DNA of 62,095 nt, taken from positions 1 to 62,095 of the forward strand of contig CAZPHU010000009.1 in NCBI GenBank assembly GCA_964586285.1, written 5' to 3'. Shown piece by piece: positions 1 to 10,135 of the stretch. The notes beneath the pieces are model-generated. The model saw nothing but the letters and a program-made list of their open reading frames with translations, did no database searches and was not told where the DNA came from. Position numbers and translations under genes: made by a program. Source of the DNA: an uncultured Fibrobacterota bacterium. Lineage in GTDB: Bacteria; Fibrobacterota; Chitinivibrionia; Chitinivibrionales; CAYFVL01. Each line of letters begins with the position of its first letter. Position 1 is the stretch's first letter.

Positions 1-329
1 TCCAACCATCCTGCCAATGCTGCCTCAGACTTTTCGGGCTAAGCTTTCTGCCTTCTCTCTGATGCTTTGTAAAGGTGGGTATATTAATCATCGCTTTCGC
101 CGGACAACGACTTGCACTGCACCAAACCGGCGATATTCTCATTTGCGAATTCATTTATGTTCCGGTTTTTTGTAGTGGCCCTCAATACCATATCTTTCTT
201 GCATTTACGATCGAAAATGCAGCTGCGCTTATTTACAATTTCCCAATAAAATTAATTACCGGCACAATCCGTTTTATTTGCGCGTTTAAAATTAAGGTGT
301 GAACGGATAAGGTATAAAAACAGATTTTC

Positions 330-366
330 GGAAACGGGTTTTCCGGCTTTCTGGTATAAATTATGC
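330..366 (+). promoter_or_regulatory. Palindromic operator GGAAAC-N3-TTTTCC followed by a sigma-54-like -24/-12 promoter
   Basis: ggaaacgggttttcc at 330-344; TGGTATAAATTATGC has GG at 353-354 and GC at 365-366 (GG-N10-GC). The same arrangement recurs at 22788-22824. Confidence 0.55.
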
Positions 367-464
367 CATAATTACTGTTGGAACCATTTGGGAAGGTGGT
401 TCCCGCAAAATGCGTCGTAAGGAAGGGAAACTTTTTTGATAAAAGCCTTGCAGGGAGGTCTATT

Positions 465-3400
465 ATGATGAAAACAAGATTGATACTGCTGATAAATGCG
501 TGTCTTGTTTTTTCGGCTATCGCTCAGGACAGTGCGAGTGTGATATCTTCCGGGGAGGAGCGGTTTAAGATAATCGTTGCCAAACCGGTAGATGCTTCAC
601 CGATGCGAAACGGGCGGGACGAATGGTTTGCCGGTCTGACCGAGCAGCTCTTTCATTTCCGACTGGCCGTCTCCGAGAAATTCTCAATGGTGCCCTCGGC
701 AAAAGTTAACTCCTATTTGTCTGATCTGGGTGCGGGAAGCACACCTAACAGCGGCTCGGCCTACGAGCGACTGGCCCGTCAGATCGGAGCCACTCATGTG
801 CTTTTGCAGACCTTCGAAATAAGTCGGGACGGACGAAACGTACACTACTACACCGAGCTGCGCAGCTTCGGTAAAGAAAGCAGCTTGCAGCCTTTCGAAA
901 GAGAATTTCCGATTCAGTCGTTAAACCGGTACATAGATTCCTGTGTCGTCTGGATATACGAACAAAACGGCATGGAAATCGACTCCAATCTGCAGCGCTT
1001 TTTCTCACTAAACGTATTGTCGGAGGGCAAGGATAACCGTCTTATGGGACAACTATCCGGTGCGGCGGTGGGTAACGACAAAGAGCAGGCCGGAGAAATT
1101 CTTCCTCAGCTGACCGATATCGTTGACAGAGATCCGCGAAACATATTCGCCCAGTATCTTGCCGCCCAGGCGCTGGAGACTGCAGGAGAACATCTGGCGG
1201 CGGCAAACGTTTACAAAGATCTGATAATGGTTCTGCCAAACTACAACAACCTTTATGTAAAGGCTTGCCGCAACTACAGACTCAGCGGAAGAAACAGAGA
1301 GGCGCTGTCGTATGCGGCGGATGCGGAGGGAAGAGGCGTGCGTTCACTGGATCTTATGATCGAGGGAGGATTGGCGCTTGAGGCACAGGAAAGATATAAG
1401 AGAGCAAAAAATGTGTTTCAGAGTGTACTTGACGCATACCCGAGCAACACCGAAGCGCTTCTGTTCTTCGCCCGTTTCTACAACCATGAGAACGACCCGG
1501 AAAAGGCGATAGAGTTTTCTGAAAAAATTTTGAAGAAGAGTCCGGAAAACGGCCGCGCCCTTTTACAGAAAGGGATCGCGCAGGTGGGGCAGAAAAAATA
1601 TAAAGAAGCTGCCTCAAACCTCGAGAAGGCTCAAATCGCCCTTCCTCGAGTGTCCCAGATCGGCACTCTTCTTGGAAAGGTATACACAAATTTAGAAAAG
1701 TATGAGCTTGCCGCGCGATCGTTTGCACAGGTAGCGCTGTACGATCCACAGGATTTCGGCATTCAGCTGCAGGTCGGAAGGTCCTGGATAAAGGCGTCCA
1801 AGCCCTCGGAGGCGATGGATGCCTTTTTGAGAGCCGAGCGGATGTTTGCCGACAGTGTTATCCTTAAGAAAGAAATCGGATTACTTGCGGCCGACATGGG
1901 AGATACATCAAAAGCCGTTACCTATCTCGAGAGCTATCTTGACAAAGGCAGCATGGATTCCGAAGTCCTCATGCGTCTGGGTGATATCTACACCGAAAAA
2001 GGCGTATACGACAAAGCGTTTTATATGTACAACCACGCGATGTCGGTGGTCGAAGACAAGAATACGGCCCGCTTCGCCCTGGGATCGTTTTACATCCGAA
2101 AAGGTGATCCCAACGCGGCAATCACCTATCTGCAGGATATCATAAAGGAAAACCCCAAGTACTCTGAGGTGCAGCGCCTGGTGGCGGACGCATACTTTGC
2201 GGCGGGCAACCATAGTGAGGCTCTCTCTCACTACCATGAAGCCCGAAAGCAGGACGGCTCCGATGTGCACATTCAGAGAAGAATTGCACGAATCAATTTC
2301 GAGGCCTCAGAGTATGCAACGGCGGAAAGAGAGTATCTAAAACTTCTGAGACAAAATGAAAAGGATTCGGGCGCATACTTTTATCTGGCAATTATTTCTC
2401 TGCACAACAAAAATTTGTCCAAGGCCCAAAGCAGGCTCAGTCAGGCAAATGAGCAGGGAACAGCCACAGCGCAAATCCTTTATCTGCTGGGGCAGGGTTT
2501 TGAAATAGTCGATAGAACCGACGAGGCGATATCTTTTTATAACCGGTGTTTAAAGAAGGATTCCGGTCATGAAAATGCGCAACTTTCATTGGCTCGGGCG
2601 TATGAGAAAACCGGGGAAAACAAACTCGCGGCTCAAAGTTACTCCAAACTGTTTGAAATGGATACCGTAAAGTATGCAGATTATCTTGCGGAAGCCGGTT
2701 TACATCATGAAAAAGCCGGCGAGCCCGAAAAGGCGCGCGATGCTTTCAGCAGATATTTAAACGGCGGATACGAGAATCCGGAAATTAACCTTCACCTGGC
2801 GCGGCTGGAGTTCGGGTTTAAAAGCTATGCGAGAGTTATCTCTTTGATCGGAGAGCTGGAAAAGCAGATCGGCGACAACGAGGGTGATATCAGAATACTT
2901 GCCGAATCATATTTCAGGACAAGTGATTACACGAATGCAATCGACTGGTTCAAGCGTATAGTCGATGATCGAAAAGCCGGTGCGGATGTGATCGAAATGA
3001 CGGCCGTGTCGTATGAGAAAACCTCAAACATCGCAACCGCAAGAGAGTATTATCAGAAACTATTGCCGAAAGTGGAAGAGAAAAGAAAACCGGACATCGC
3101 TTTTCATATAGCGGAACTGTACGAAAGTCAGCGTATGATCAGGGATGCCCAAAAACAGTATCTTGACAACGTAGGCTTGTATCCGTCGGATTTAAGAAAC
3201 TACGACCGTCTGCTTGCGATATTCAAGCAGGAAGGTGAGTGGAACGAGGCCCGTCGTGTGCTTGAGAAGCTTGTAGGCAAGCCTTACAGCAAGCCCGGTT
3301 ACACAAAAGAGCTTGCCCGGGTCTGTTTGCATCAAAATGATAAAAGCAATGCGATCAAATACTTCAAAGAGTATCTTGAAGACCGACCGGATGATTTCGA

Positions 3401-5276
3401 AGGCTGGTATGTGGTAGGAAAACTATACTCTGAGAGAAGGCTTTTTGCCAAGGCCTCTCAGGCTCTTCAACACGCGGTCAGACTTGACGGGTCGCATTTT
3501 GACGCGCACCTGCTTTACGGTGAGGCTCTTAAGGAGACCGGAGAGACCGTGCAGGCGGCATCGGTGTTTGAAAAAGCAAATGAGATCGACGGTAAACATG
3601 CGGGTGTAGTCACTCATCTTGCCCAGTGTTATCGGAAACTGGGTGATAAAAATGCCCTGATAAACACTCTCGAAAAACTTATCGCTCTGGAGCCGCAGCA
3701 TTACGGCGCACATGTTGAGCTGGGAAATCTTCTGATCGAATCGGGCAAAGAGGATGAGGGGATTGCTGTGCTTGAGAATGCCTGGAAACTCGATAAGAAA
3801 GATGTATCGGTTCACATAACTCTGGCGCGCTTATACGAGAAGAGAAACAATCAAAATGCCCGGTTTTCTCATCTGAAGAAAGCTTCATCTCGTGACAACA
3901 AAGTTGCGGATGTGCATTATGAGCTTGGTCGGTTTTACCTGCACGAAAAGAATCAAAAACGTGCGGAAAGATTTTTCAAGAAGGCTCTGGATATCGATGG
4001 GGACAATGCCGAGGTGTGTTATGCATATGGTTCCATGCTCTTTGACATGGAAAGATACAAAGAGTCTTTTACCTATCTGGAAACGGCGGCACGCCGGGAC
4101 GGTTATAATCCCGACTACCTGGTCGGATATGCGCGGGCGGCTTACGAAAACGGCAAGAAAGACCTCGCCTTGAAAGTGACGGAAAAGGCTTTGAGTGCCG
4201 ATGAGCAGCATGTGGATGCACTGAGTTTTGCCGGCAGACTATACCGTGAAAACGGTCATGCCCGGAAAGCCCACGATATGCTTCTAAGAGCAATAGCCCA
4301 CGACAGCAACAGACCCGAAATCTACCATCAACTGGGTGAGCTGGCGCTGGCTGAAGAAGAGTATACCAAAGCATCCGGATTCTTCAAGAGATCTCTGGAA
4401 GTCGGCGGATACAGGGAAGAAAGTATCATAGGTCTTGGCCGCATACTGATTCTGACATGTAAAGACGAGAAGGCCAGGGAGCTTTTCGAAGAGGTTCTGT
4501 CTCGTAACGGCGAACAGAAGGAAGCTTTCTATCGACTGACTCATCTTTATATTCGCGGCGGATTCATAAACGAAGCCAAACAGATAATCGAGAAACGCCG
4601 AAATGAAAAGAAAACCGCATGGCATCACCTAGCTTTCGGTGAATGGGCCGAGGTTGAGGGTGATTATCAGGCGGCCAAAATCTCTTACACCGTTGCGCTT
4701 CGACTGATGGGCAAGATGCCGGAAGCCTATGCCGGACTGGGCAGGGTTAATCTCAACGAAAAAGATTATAATACGGCAATAGAGAATTTCGCCAGAGCGC
4801 AGGCCCTCGATCCTTATAACCCCTACCTTTTTCTGGACATGGGTAAGGCCTACGAAGGTATTGGTGAGCTTGGTTCGGCCTATAATATCTACACTAATGT
4901 AGCAGAGAAATTCCCGCACATTTCCGAGGCTTTTTACAGGATAGCGGGTATCATCGGTCGTAAGAATCAACACGACAAAGCACTCGCTATTGTAAAAGAA
5001 GGACTCCAGAATAATCCCAGGGATGCCAAGCTTTATTTCGCAATGGGTGAGAGCTACAGGCATCTGGGCAAATATGAGGAGGCTATAGAAGCATATAGCC
5101 AAGCCGTGAAAAGAGGCGGTAAAGGTTATATCGAAGGATTACTGCATATTGGAAATATTTACAACAGGCAGTTGAGAAATGAGAAAGAGGCCAAAAAATA
5201 CTTCAAGAAGTATATAAGGTCCGGCGGGAATAATGAAGAAGCGAAAAAACAACTGGACGAGTTGGCTAAAATCTAA
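465..5276 (+). CDS. Very large exported tetratricopeptide-repeat protein (~1600 aa)
   Basis: ORF 378..5276; more likely start is ATG 465 after GGAGG (454-458), giving a signal peptide MMKTRLILLINACLVFSAIAQ. A short non-repeat N-domain is followed by TPR-like helical repeats to the C-terminus. Confidence 0.9.
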   Translation: MMKTRLILLINACLVFSAIAQDSASVISSGEERFKIIVAKPVDASPMRNGRDEWFAGLTEQLFHFRLAVSEKFSMVPSAKVNSYLSDLGAGSTPNSGSAYERLARQIGATHVLLQTFEISRDGRNVHYYTELRSFGKESSLQPFEREFPIQSLNRYIDSCVVWIYEQNGMEIDSNLQRFFSLNVLSEGKDNRLMGQLSGAAVGNDKEQAGEILPQLTDIVDRDPRNIFAQYLAAQALETAGEHLAAANVYKDLIMVLPNYNNLYVKACRNYRLSGRNREALSYAADAEGRGVRSLDLMIEGGLALEAQERYKRAKNVFQSVLDAYPSNTEALLFFARFYNHENDPEKAIEFSEKILKKSPENGRALLQKGIAQVGQKKYKEAASNLEKAQIALPRVSQIGTLLGKVYTNLEKYELAARSFAQVALYDPQDFGIQLQVGRSWIKASKPSEAMDAFLRAERMFADSVILKKEIGLLAADMGDTSKAVTYLESYLDKGSMDSEVLMRLGDIYTEKGVYDKAFYMYNHAMSVVEDKNTARFALGSFYIRKGDPNAAITYLQDIIKENPKYSEVQRLVADAYFAAGNHSEALSHYHEARKQDGSDVHIQRRIARINFEASEYATAEREYLKLLRQNEKDSGAYFYLAIISLHNKNLSKAQSRLSQANEQGTATAQILYLLGQGFEIVDRTDEAISFYNRCLKKDSGHENAQLSLARAYEKTGENKLAAQSYSKLFEMDTVKYADYLAEAGLHHEKAGEPEKARDAFSRYLNGGYENPEINLHLARLEFGFKSYARVISLIGELEKQIGDNEGDIRILAESYFRTSDYTNAIDWFKRIVDDRKAGADVIEMTAVSYEKTSNIATAREYYQKLLPKVEEKRKPDIAFHIAELYESQRMIRDAQKQYLDNVGLYPSDLRNYDRLLAIFKQEGEWNEARRVLEKLVGKPYSKPGYTKELARVCLHQNDKSNAIKYFKEYLEDRPDDFEGWYVVGKLYSERRLFAKASQALQHAVRLDGSHFDAHLLYGEALKETGETVQAASVFEKANEIDGKHAGVVTHLAQCYRKLGDKNALINTLEKLIALEPQHYGAHVELGNLLIESGKEDEGIAVLENAWKLDKKDVSVHITLARLYEKRNNQNARFSHLKKASSRDNKVADVHYELGRFYLHEKNQKRAERFFKKALDIDGDNAEVCYAYGSMLFDMERYKESFTYLETAARRDGYNPDYLVGYARAAYENGKKDLALKVTEKALSADEQHVDALSFAGRLYRENGHARKAHDMLLRAIAHDSNRPEIYHQLGELALAEEEYTKASGFFKRSLEVGGYREESIIGLGRILILTCKDEKARELFEEVLSRNGEQKEAFYRLTHLYIRGGFINEAKQIIEKRRNEKKTAWHHLAFGEWAEVEGDYQAAKISYTVALRLMGKMPEAYAGLGRVNLNEKDYNTAIENFARAQALDPYNPYLFLDMGKAYEGIGELGSAYNIYTNVAEKFPHISEAFYRIAGIIGRKNQHDKALAIVKEGLQNNPRDAKLYFAMGESYRHLGKYEEAIEAYSQAVKRGGKGYIEGLLHIGNIYNRQLRNEKEAKKYFKKYIRSGGNNEEAKKQLDELAKI

Positions 5277-5304
5277 AAATCCCTTCCTTGCCCCTGTGGC
5301 GCAT

Positions 5305-5340
5305 GGCGGTTGTCGGTCTCCGGCAGCCGCCTTGTTTATT
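5305..5340 (+). terminator. Intrinsic terminator after the TPR gene
   Basis: ggcggttgtcgg-tct-ccggcagccgcc, a 12-bp stem with two G-U pairs on the + strand, followed by ttgtttatt. Confidence 0.6.
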
Positions 5341-5722
5341 TGCGCTTGAAAGCCCAGTCGATATTTTTGCTCTCAAGATAACGTTCGAACTCCGATGCGT
5401 TTGTAAACAGCACTTTGTAAACCGGGTCGTTTGTCTGGTATTCACAAAACTGATCCTCTGCCGGGTATTTACGGCAAACATCCGGACGGCTTTCATATAC
5501 TTGGCAGCGGCAGTCTTCGCTTAGGTGTTCGCACGGTGTTTTGAAAGAAAGAAGCCATTCATTCCAGTGATCGATCATCACGCTGACATCCCTGTGCATC
5601 AGATACCAGCGAATGTTGTCATAGTCTCGCTTACAGCCGGGTTTTTCGATCGGTAATGTTACATGGCGGCAACAAACCGCACCACATTTTACACAATCTC
5701 GCTTGCGTTCATTTTCTGCCAT
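5336..5722 (-). CDS. YkgJ-family cysteine cluster (CxxCxxxCC) protein
   Basis: CVKCGAVCC and PCEHLSEDCRCQVYESRPDVCRKYP motifs. Confidence 0.85.
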   Translation of the reverse strand: MAENERKRDCVKCGAVCCRHVTLPIEKPGCKRDYDNIRWYLMHRDVSVMIDHWNEWLLSFKTPCEHLSEDCRCQVYESRPDVCRKYPAEDQFCEYQTNDPVYKVLFTNASEFERYLESKNIDWAFKRK

Positions 5723-5791
5723 CGAATCCCCCTGGATGTGAAAAGTAAAGATTCTCCGTAGTGCGAGTCCTGAAAGAGATCAAAAATGTTG

Positions 5792-6970
5792 TCATTCCGC
5801 TCTTTGGGCGACACCGGCGATACCGCCTTGTTCGGACAGTCTTTCCCCGCTTGGCCTGTAGGTACTTCTTTTGCGGCGCGGATCCAGTTGCCGTAACATA
5901 TATCCTGAGCCGTAAAGAAAAATCATAAAGACCAGAATATTAACGGGTGAATGTAAAAAGGTACGGTAGCCGAAGTTTTGTTCCAAAATCCTGCAAGTCC
6001 AGGAGATAAGCGGTATATGCAGTAGATACGGGTAGAAGGAGCTTTTGCCAAGCTCCTGAACAAACGGCACCGAAAACAGTTTAGCTACGACTCCGTAGCC
6101 GTGAGCCAGGCGATACAAAAGAATCGCATACAGCGGCAGCATCACCACATGGTAAGTAACCCAGTAAGTAACCTGGCCGCTGCTTTGCCCGATCCTCAGG
6201 CTCACAAAAATCAATCCAATACATAAAAGAACAAGAAAATCATTACAAACGGATTTCATCCTGGATGGAGCGGGGTTAACGCCGGGGTTGTTTATTGTAA
6301 ACAGCCGAGCCAGACACATTCCGAGTACGAATTCAAAAAAGCGTATGGGGGCAAACATATGGAAAAAAGGGTACCAGCCCTCCCGCCCAAAATGTGCGTA
6401 TACGACAGCCCAAATAATGGAAGGCAAAATTGTTGCTCCAAGGGCAAGTAATACGGAATTGCGTTTTTGCAGTTTAAGAATAAGGCGCAATGTCGGCCCA
6501 AACAAAAGGTAACACAGGAAAAATGCTGAAAGAGCCCATGATGGTGTATTCAACGTATAAGTGTGCATCGGGAAAAAGGACCAGCTGAGCGTTAAATGGA
6601 GCAGCCCGCTGACCAGAAGCTTTCCATAGGCCGCGGCCTGTCCGGAAAACCAGGGAATTACAACGAAAGGAATCATTGCGAGTGTAGTGACGGCATGGAG
6701 AGGGTACAGGTCTTTTAATCGGTTCTTTACCAGAGTAAGAGTAGAAAAAGATCGGGAGTGGGGTGCATATTTTATAGTGAAGATAAATCCGGCAAGGATA
6801 AAGAAAAGACTGGCATGAAAAGCGGGGCCTTTGAGGATCGTGAACAGCCAGGCCGGTTTGCCTCCAAGCTCATAAAGACCGCCGATTCCCTGAAGGTGAA
6901 AAAGTACGATGTTAATCGAAGCGACAAGTCGCAGTCCGTCTATCGAATGAAAATAGCGCTTTTGGGCCAT
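5792..6970 (-). CDS. Acyltransferase family 3 (OafA-like) membrane protein
   Basis: IDGLR...VLFH N-terminal motif, FFILAGF, WALSAFFLCYLLF; about 10 TM helices. Confidence 0.85.
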   Translation of the reverse strand: MAQKRYFHSIDGLRLVASINIVLFHLQGIGGLYELGGKPAWLFTILKGPAFHASLFFILAGFIFTIKYAPHSRSFSTLTLVKNRLKDLYPLHAVTTLAMIPFVVIPWFSGQAAAYGKLLVSGLLHLTLSWSFFPMHTYTLNTPSWALSAFFLCYLLFGPTLRLILKLQKRNSVLLALGATILPSIIWAVVYAHFGREGWYPFFHMFAPIRFFEFVLGMCLARLFTINNPGVNPAPSRMKSVCNDFLVLLCIGLIFVSLRIGQSSGQVTYWVTYHVVMLPLYAILLYRLAHGYGVVAKLFSVPFVQELGKSSFYPYLLHIPLISWTCRILEQNFGYRTFLHSPVNILVFMIFLYGSGYMLRQLDPRRKRSTYRPSGERLSEQGGIAGVAQRAE

Positions 6971-7154
6971 TTCTGTCTCTCTACTCTTCTATATGTATTT
7001 ACTCTGGTCTCTTGAATATAATGCATTTTGTGACAATAACATAGAAATTGGTTGAGCTGATGAGTGCTCATCAAGTAATCGTCGATTCAGTCCGGGGAAT
7101 GAAATATTTTGTATACAATGAGCCCGAAAGCGGTCACCTCTAAGGATGGTTTTT

Positions 7155-7829
7155 ATGAAAAGAAGTGAAATCAATGAGATAATATGAAACTCGATAGAAT
7201 TTTTCGAGACCATGAAGTTTAAGCTTCCCAAATGGGGCTATTGGAGTCCGTCGCAATGGAAAGAGCAGACCGGGGATATATCCGAGATTACCCGCAACAT
7301 GCTGGGGTGGGATTTGACCGATTTTGGCGGAGGGAATTTCGCCCGCAAAGGGCTTATCCTTTTTACCATTCGAAACGGCAACCCGGCAGCGGACAAAAAG
7401 CCCTATGCCGAAAAGATAATGATTGTCGGTGAACAACAGCGCACGCCCATGCATTTCCATTGGAATAAAATGGAAGATATTATAAACAGAGGCGGGGGAA
7501 ACCTGGTCCTGGAAATATACGGCTCAACAAAGCAGGGTATGCTTTCGGATGATCCCGTCACGGTTAAAATTGACGGCATCTCGAGAACAGTGGAACCGGG
7601 CGGAAAAGTGGTTTTGACTCCGGGTGAAAGTATCTGCCTCCAAACCGGGGTCTATCATTCATTCTATGGAGAAAGCGCAAAAGGGAAGGTGCTGGTTGGT
7701 GAGGTCAGTTCGGTAAACGATGACATAAACGACAACAGATTCCTTGAAACACAGGGACGATTTCCTTTTATCGATCCGGATGAATCACCCGAGTTCTATC
7801 TGGTTACCGATTATCAAAACTACTTATAA
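7155..7829 (+). pseudogene. D-lyxose/D-mannose family sugar isomerase (cupin) interrupted by an in-frame TGA at codon 11
   Basis: RBS TAAGGA (7141-7146) and ATG 7155 give MKRSEINEII*NSIEFFETMKFKLPKWGYWSP (TGA at 7185-7187), in frame with ORF 7212..7829. The metal motif TPMHFHWNKMEDIINRGGG is intact. Confidence 0.75.
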
Positions 7830-8018
7830 ACTGAATTGAGCGATTCTCTCGCGGCGACTCGCATGACTCTTTGCGGGGCATAAGGGCTTGAGCAATCTTA
7901 AAAATACCGCGGGGGGTCCCGCGCGATTGTACAAATCTTCTGCCCGTAGGGGATTGCACGACTAACCCGCATAGAGCCGCTAAATTCAGGTATACATTTA
8001 AACGGAGCGGTCAGGAAA

Positions 8019-10130
8019 ATGTCTAAACAAACGATATCTTTTAATGCGCACCATTCGCCGATCGGAGCATTTGCCGGTTTTACTTTGGGTTATCCGGGCA
8101 AAAAGGGGGGATTGGGTCTGGAGCTTACCGGCCCCGCCGATCAGAACGTCTATATTGGGCTGGAATCAAAAGTCGGCAATCGTTTTGATGCGCTGCCGTT
8201 TTTTGAGATGCAGGAGTCACGCCGGCAGGATTACGATGTCGAGAAAACAGAAACGCCGCCATCAGGCGAGGTGATTATCGATCCGTGCGATTTGGATCGT
8301 GTCGAGCGAACGATGAATGTCGCTGCCGATACCTGGAAAATGGGTGATCTCACCTTCACCATCTATTCCCCCGTTCGGGCGATACCCGATCCGGCTGCCG
8401 GGATTTGCGAGGAGCTGAAGCGGGTGATTACTCCGGGGGTACTTTGTGAGATGAGCATCGATAATCGCGGTCATTCAACTTCGCGCAAGGCATTTTTTGG
8501 ATACTCAGGCAGCGATCCTTATTCAAACCTGCGTACTATCGAATCTGAAAAAGGCGATATCGTCGGTATCGGTCAGGGATTGCATACCGCGGTTTTAACA
8601 AACGCCTCGGGGATCAGGTGCGACCTGGGTTTTACGATGGAGGAGATCATCCTGCGCTCGGACAAGGGGGGGCGTTCATTTGGGCTTGGAGAGACCGGAG
8701 GCATTTTGTTTGAGGCAGGCCCCGGTGAGGTCAAGAAGGTGCTGCTGGCAGTCTGTTTTTACCGGGGGGGAAGGGCTACAGCCGGATTGAACACGGCCTA
8801 TTACTATACAAAGTTTTACGATTGCATAGAAGAGGTCGGGCGTTATGTTCTGGAGAATGCTGATGTATATAAAAAGTGGGCGGGAGAAGCCGATGAGATG
8901 ATCGCCGCCGCCCAAAATCTGTCTGATGAGCAGAGATTCATGCTCTCCCATGCCGTAAGATCTTACTACGGATCTACTCAACTGCTCATTCAAGATGATA
9001 AACCTCTGTGGATTGTCAACGAGGGTGAGTATCGTATGATGAACACGTTTGATTTGGCTGTGGATCAACTGTTCTTTGAAATGAAAATGAATCCCTGGAC
9101 TGTACGCAACCTGCTCGAACTCTATTTCAAGCGCTACAGCTACTATGATACAGTCCGATTCCCTAACCGTGAAGAAGAGTTTCCGGGTGGTATCAGCTTT
9201 ACTCACGACATGGGTGTCGGTAACGTATTCTCATCATCCGGCCGGTCGGCTTATGAACTCGGCGGCCTGGACGGGTGTTTTTCCCACATGACTCATGAGC
9301 AGCTTGTCAACTGGATCCTGTGCGCATCGACATATTATGAAAAAACCGGTGATAAACAATGGTTAAACCTCTATATCACTACCTTTCGAGAATGTCTTAT
9401 CAGTATGGTAAACCGGGATAACCCCCAGGAAGCTCTCAGAAACGGGCTTATGTCTCTGGACAGCTCGCGCACCGAACACGGCTGCGAAATAACCACATAT
9501 GACAGCCTGGATACTTCCCTGGGACAGGCTCGTAACAACTTGTATCTTGCGGTCAAGTGCTGGGCTGCGTATCTGGCTCTGGCGAAGGTTTTTGAACACT
9601 TTGACGACAAGGCTCTTGCCGACACCGCAATGCAACAGGCAAAAAGGTGTGCCTTTACAATAGAGAGCAGCGTTAATGAAAAAGGATGTTTACCCGCAAT
9701 TATCGGGGAGAAAAACGATGCCGAAATTATCCCGGCCGTCGAAGGGCTGGTCTTCCCGTATCTGGGGAAAAATTTTGATATGATATCCGAAAACGGGCCT
9801 TTCGGATCATTCATTCAGACTCTGAAAAGGCATCTGGAAACGGTGCTGGTTCAGGGACGCTGTCTGTTTGACGACGGGGGTTGGAAACTCTCGTCCACAA
9901 GTGACAATTCCTGGCTTTCGAAGATATACCTGTGTCAGTTTGTTGCTCGAAAAGTTTTAGGCGCCCAAATAAACAATGAACTCGGAGATGCCGATAAAGT
10001 ACATGTAAAATGGTTGCTGGATCAGGAAAACGCTTACTATGCCTGGAGTGATCAGATGGTTGCGGGAAAAGCACGGGGGAGTAAATATTATCCCCGGGGG
10101 GTAACCGCTATACTATGGCTGGATGAGTGA
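8019..10130 (+). CDS. Glycoside hydrolase family 52 beta-xylosidase (cytoplasmic)
   Basis: FNAHHSPIGAF N-terminus, VNEGEYRMMNTFDL, FTHDMG, EITTYDSLD, KYYPRG C-terminus; no signal peptide. Confidence 0.92.
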   Translation: MSKQTISFNAHHSPIGAFAGFTLGYPGKKGGLGLELTGPADQNVYIGLESKVGNRFDALPFFEMQESRRQDYDVEKTETPPSGEVIIDPCDLDRVERTMNVAADTWKMGDLTFTIYSPVRAIPDPAAGICEELKRVITPGVLCEMSIDNRGHSTSRKAFFGYSGSDPYSNLRTIESEKGDIVGIGQGLHTAVLTNASGIRCDLGFTMEEIILRSDKGGRSFGLGETGGILFEAGPGEVKKVLLAVCFYRGGRATAGLNTAYYYTKFYDCIEEVGRYVLENADVYKKWAGEADEMIAAAQNLSDEQRFMLSHAVRSYYGSTQLLIQDDKPLWIVNEGEYRMMNTFDLAVDQLFFEMKMNPWTVRNLLELYFKRYSYYDTVRFPNREEEFPGGISFTHDMGVGNVFSSSGRSAYELGGLDGCFSHMTHEQLVNWILCASTYYEKTGDKQWLNLYITTFRECLISMVNRDNPQEALRNGLMSLDSSRTEHGCEITTYDSLDTSLGQARNNLYLAVKCWAAYLALAKVFEHFDDKALADTAMQQAKRCAFTIESSVNEKGCLPAIIGEKNDAEIIPAVEGLVFPYLGKNFDMISENGPFGSFIQTLKRHLETVLVQGRCLFDDGGWKLSSTSDNSWLSKIYLCQFVARKVLGAQINNELGDADKVHVKWLLDQENAYYAWSDQMVAGKARGSKYYPRGVTAILWLDE

Positions 10131-10135
10131 GTGAC

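Noticed and set aside
1-302. Small ORFs at the left edge (75..302 and minus-strand fragments), also 43078..43329 and 61779..62024
   Set aside because: No clear RBS or family motifs; they overlap promoter-like intergenic DNA.
7185-7187. TGA as selenocysteine or an alternative genetic code
   Set aside because: It lies in an N-terminal helix rather than a Cys or catalytic site, I see no convincing SECIS stem after it, and TGA terminates several other genes in the window.
7830-8018. Riboswitch or ncRNA upstream of GH52
   Set aside because: Only short GC hairpins (for example cgcggg-gggt-cccgcg at 7908-7923); no recognisable family motif.
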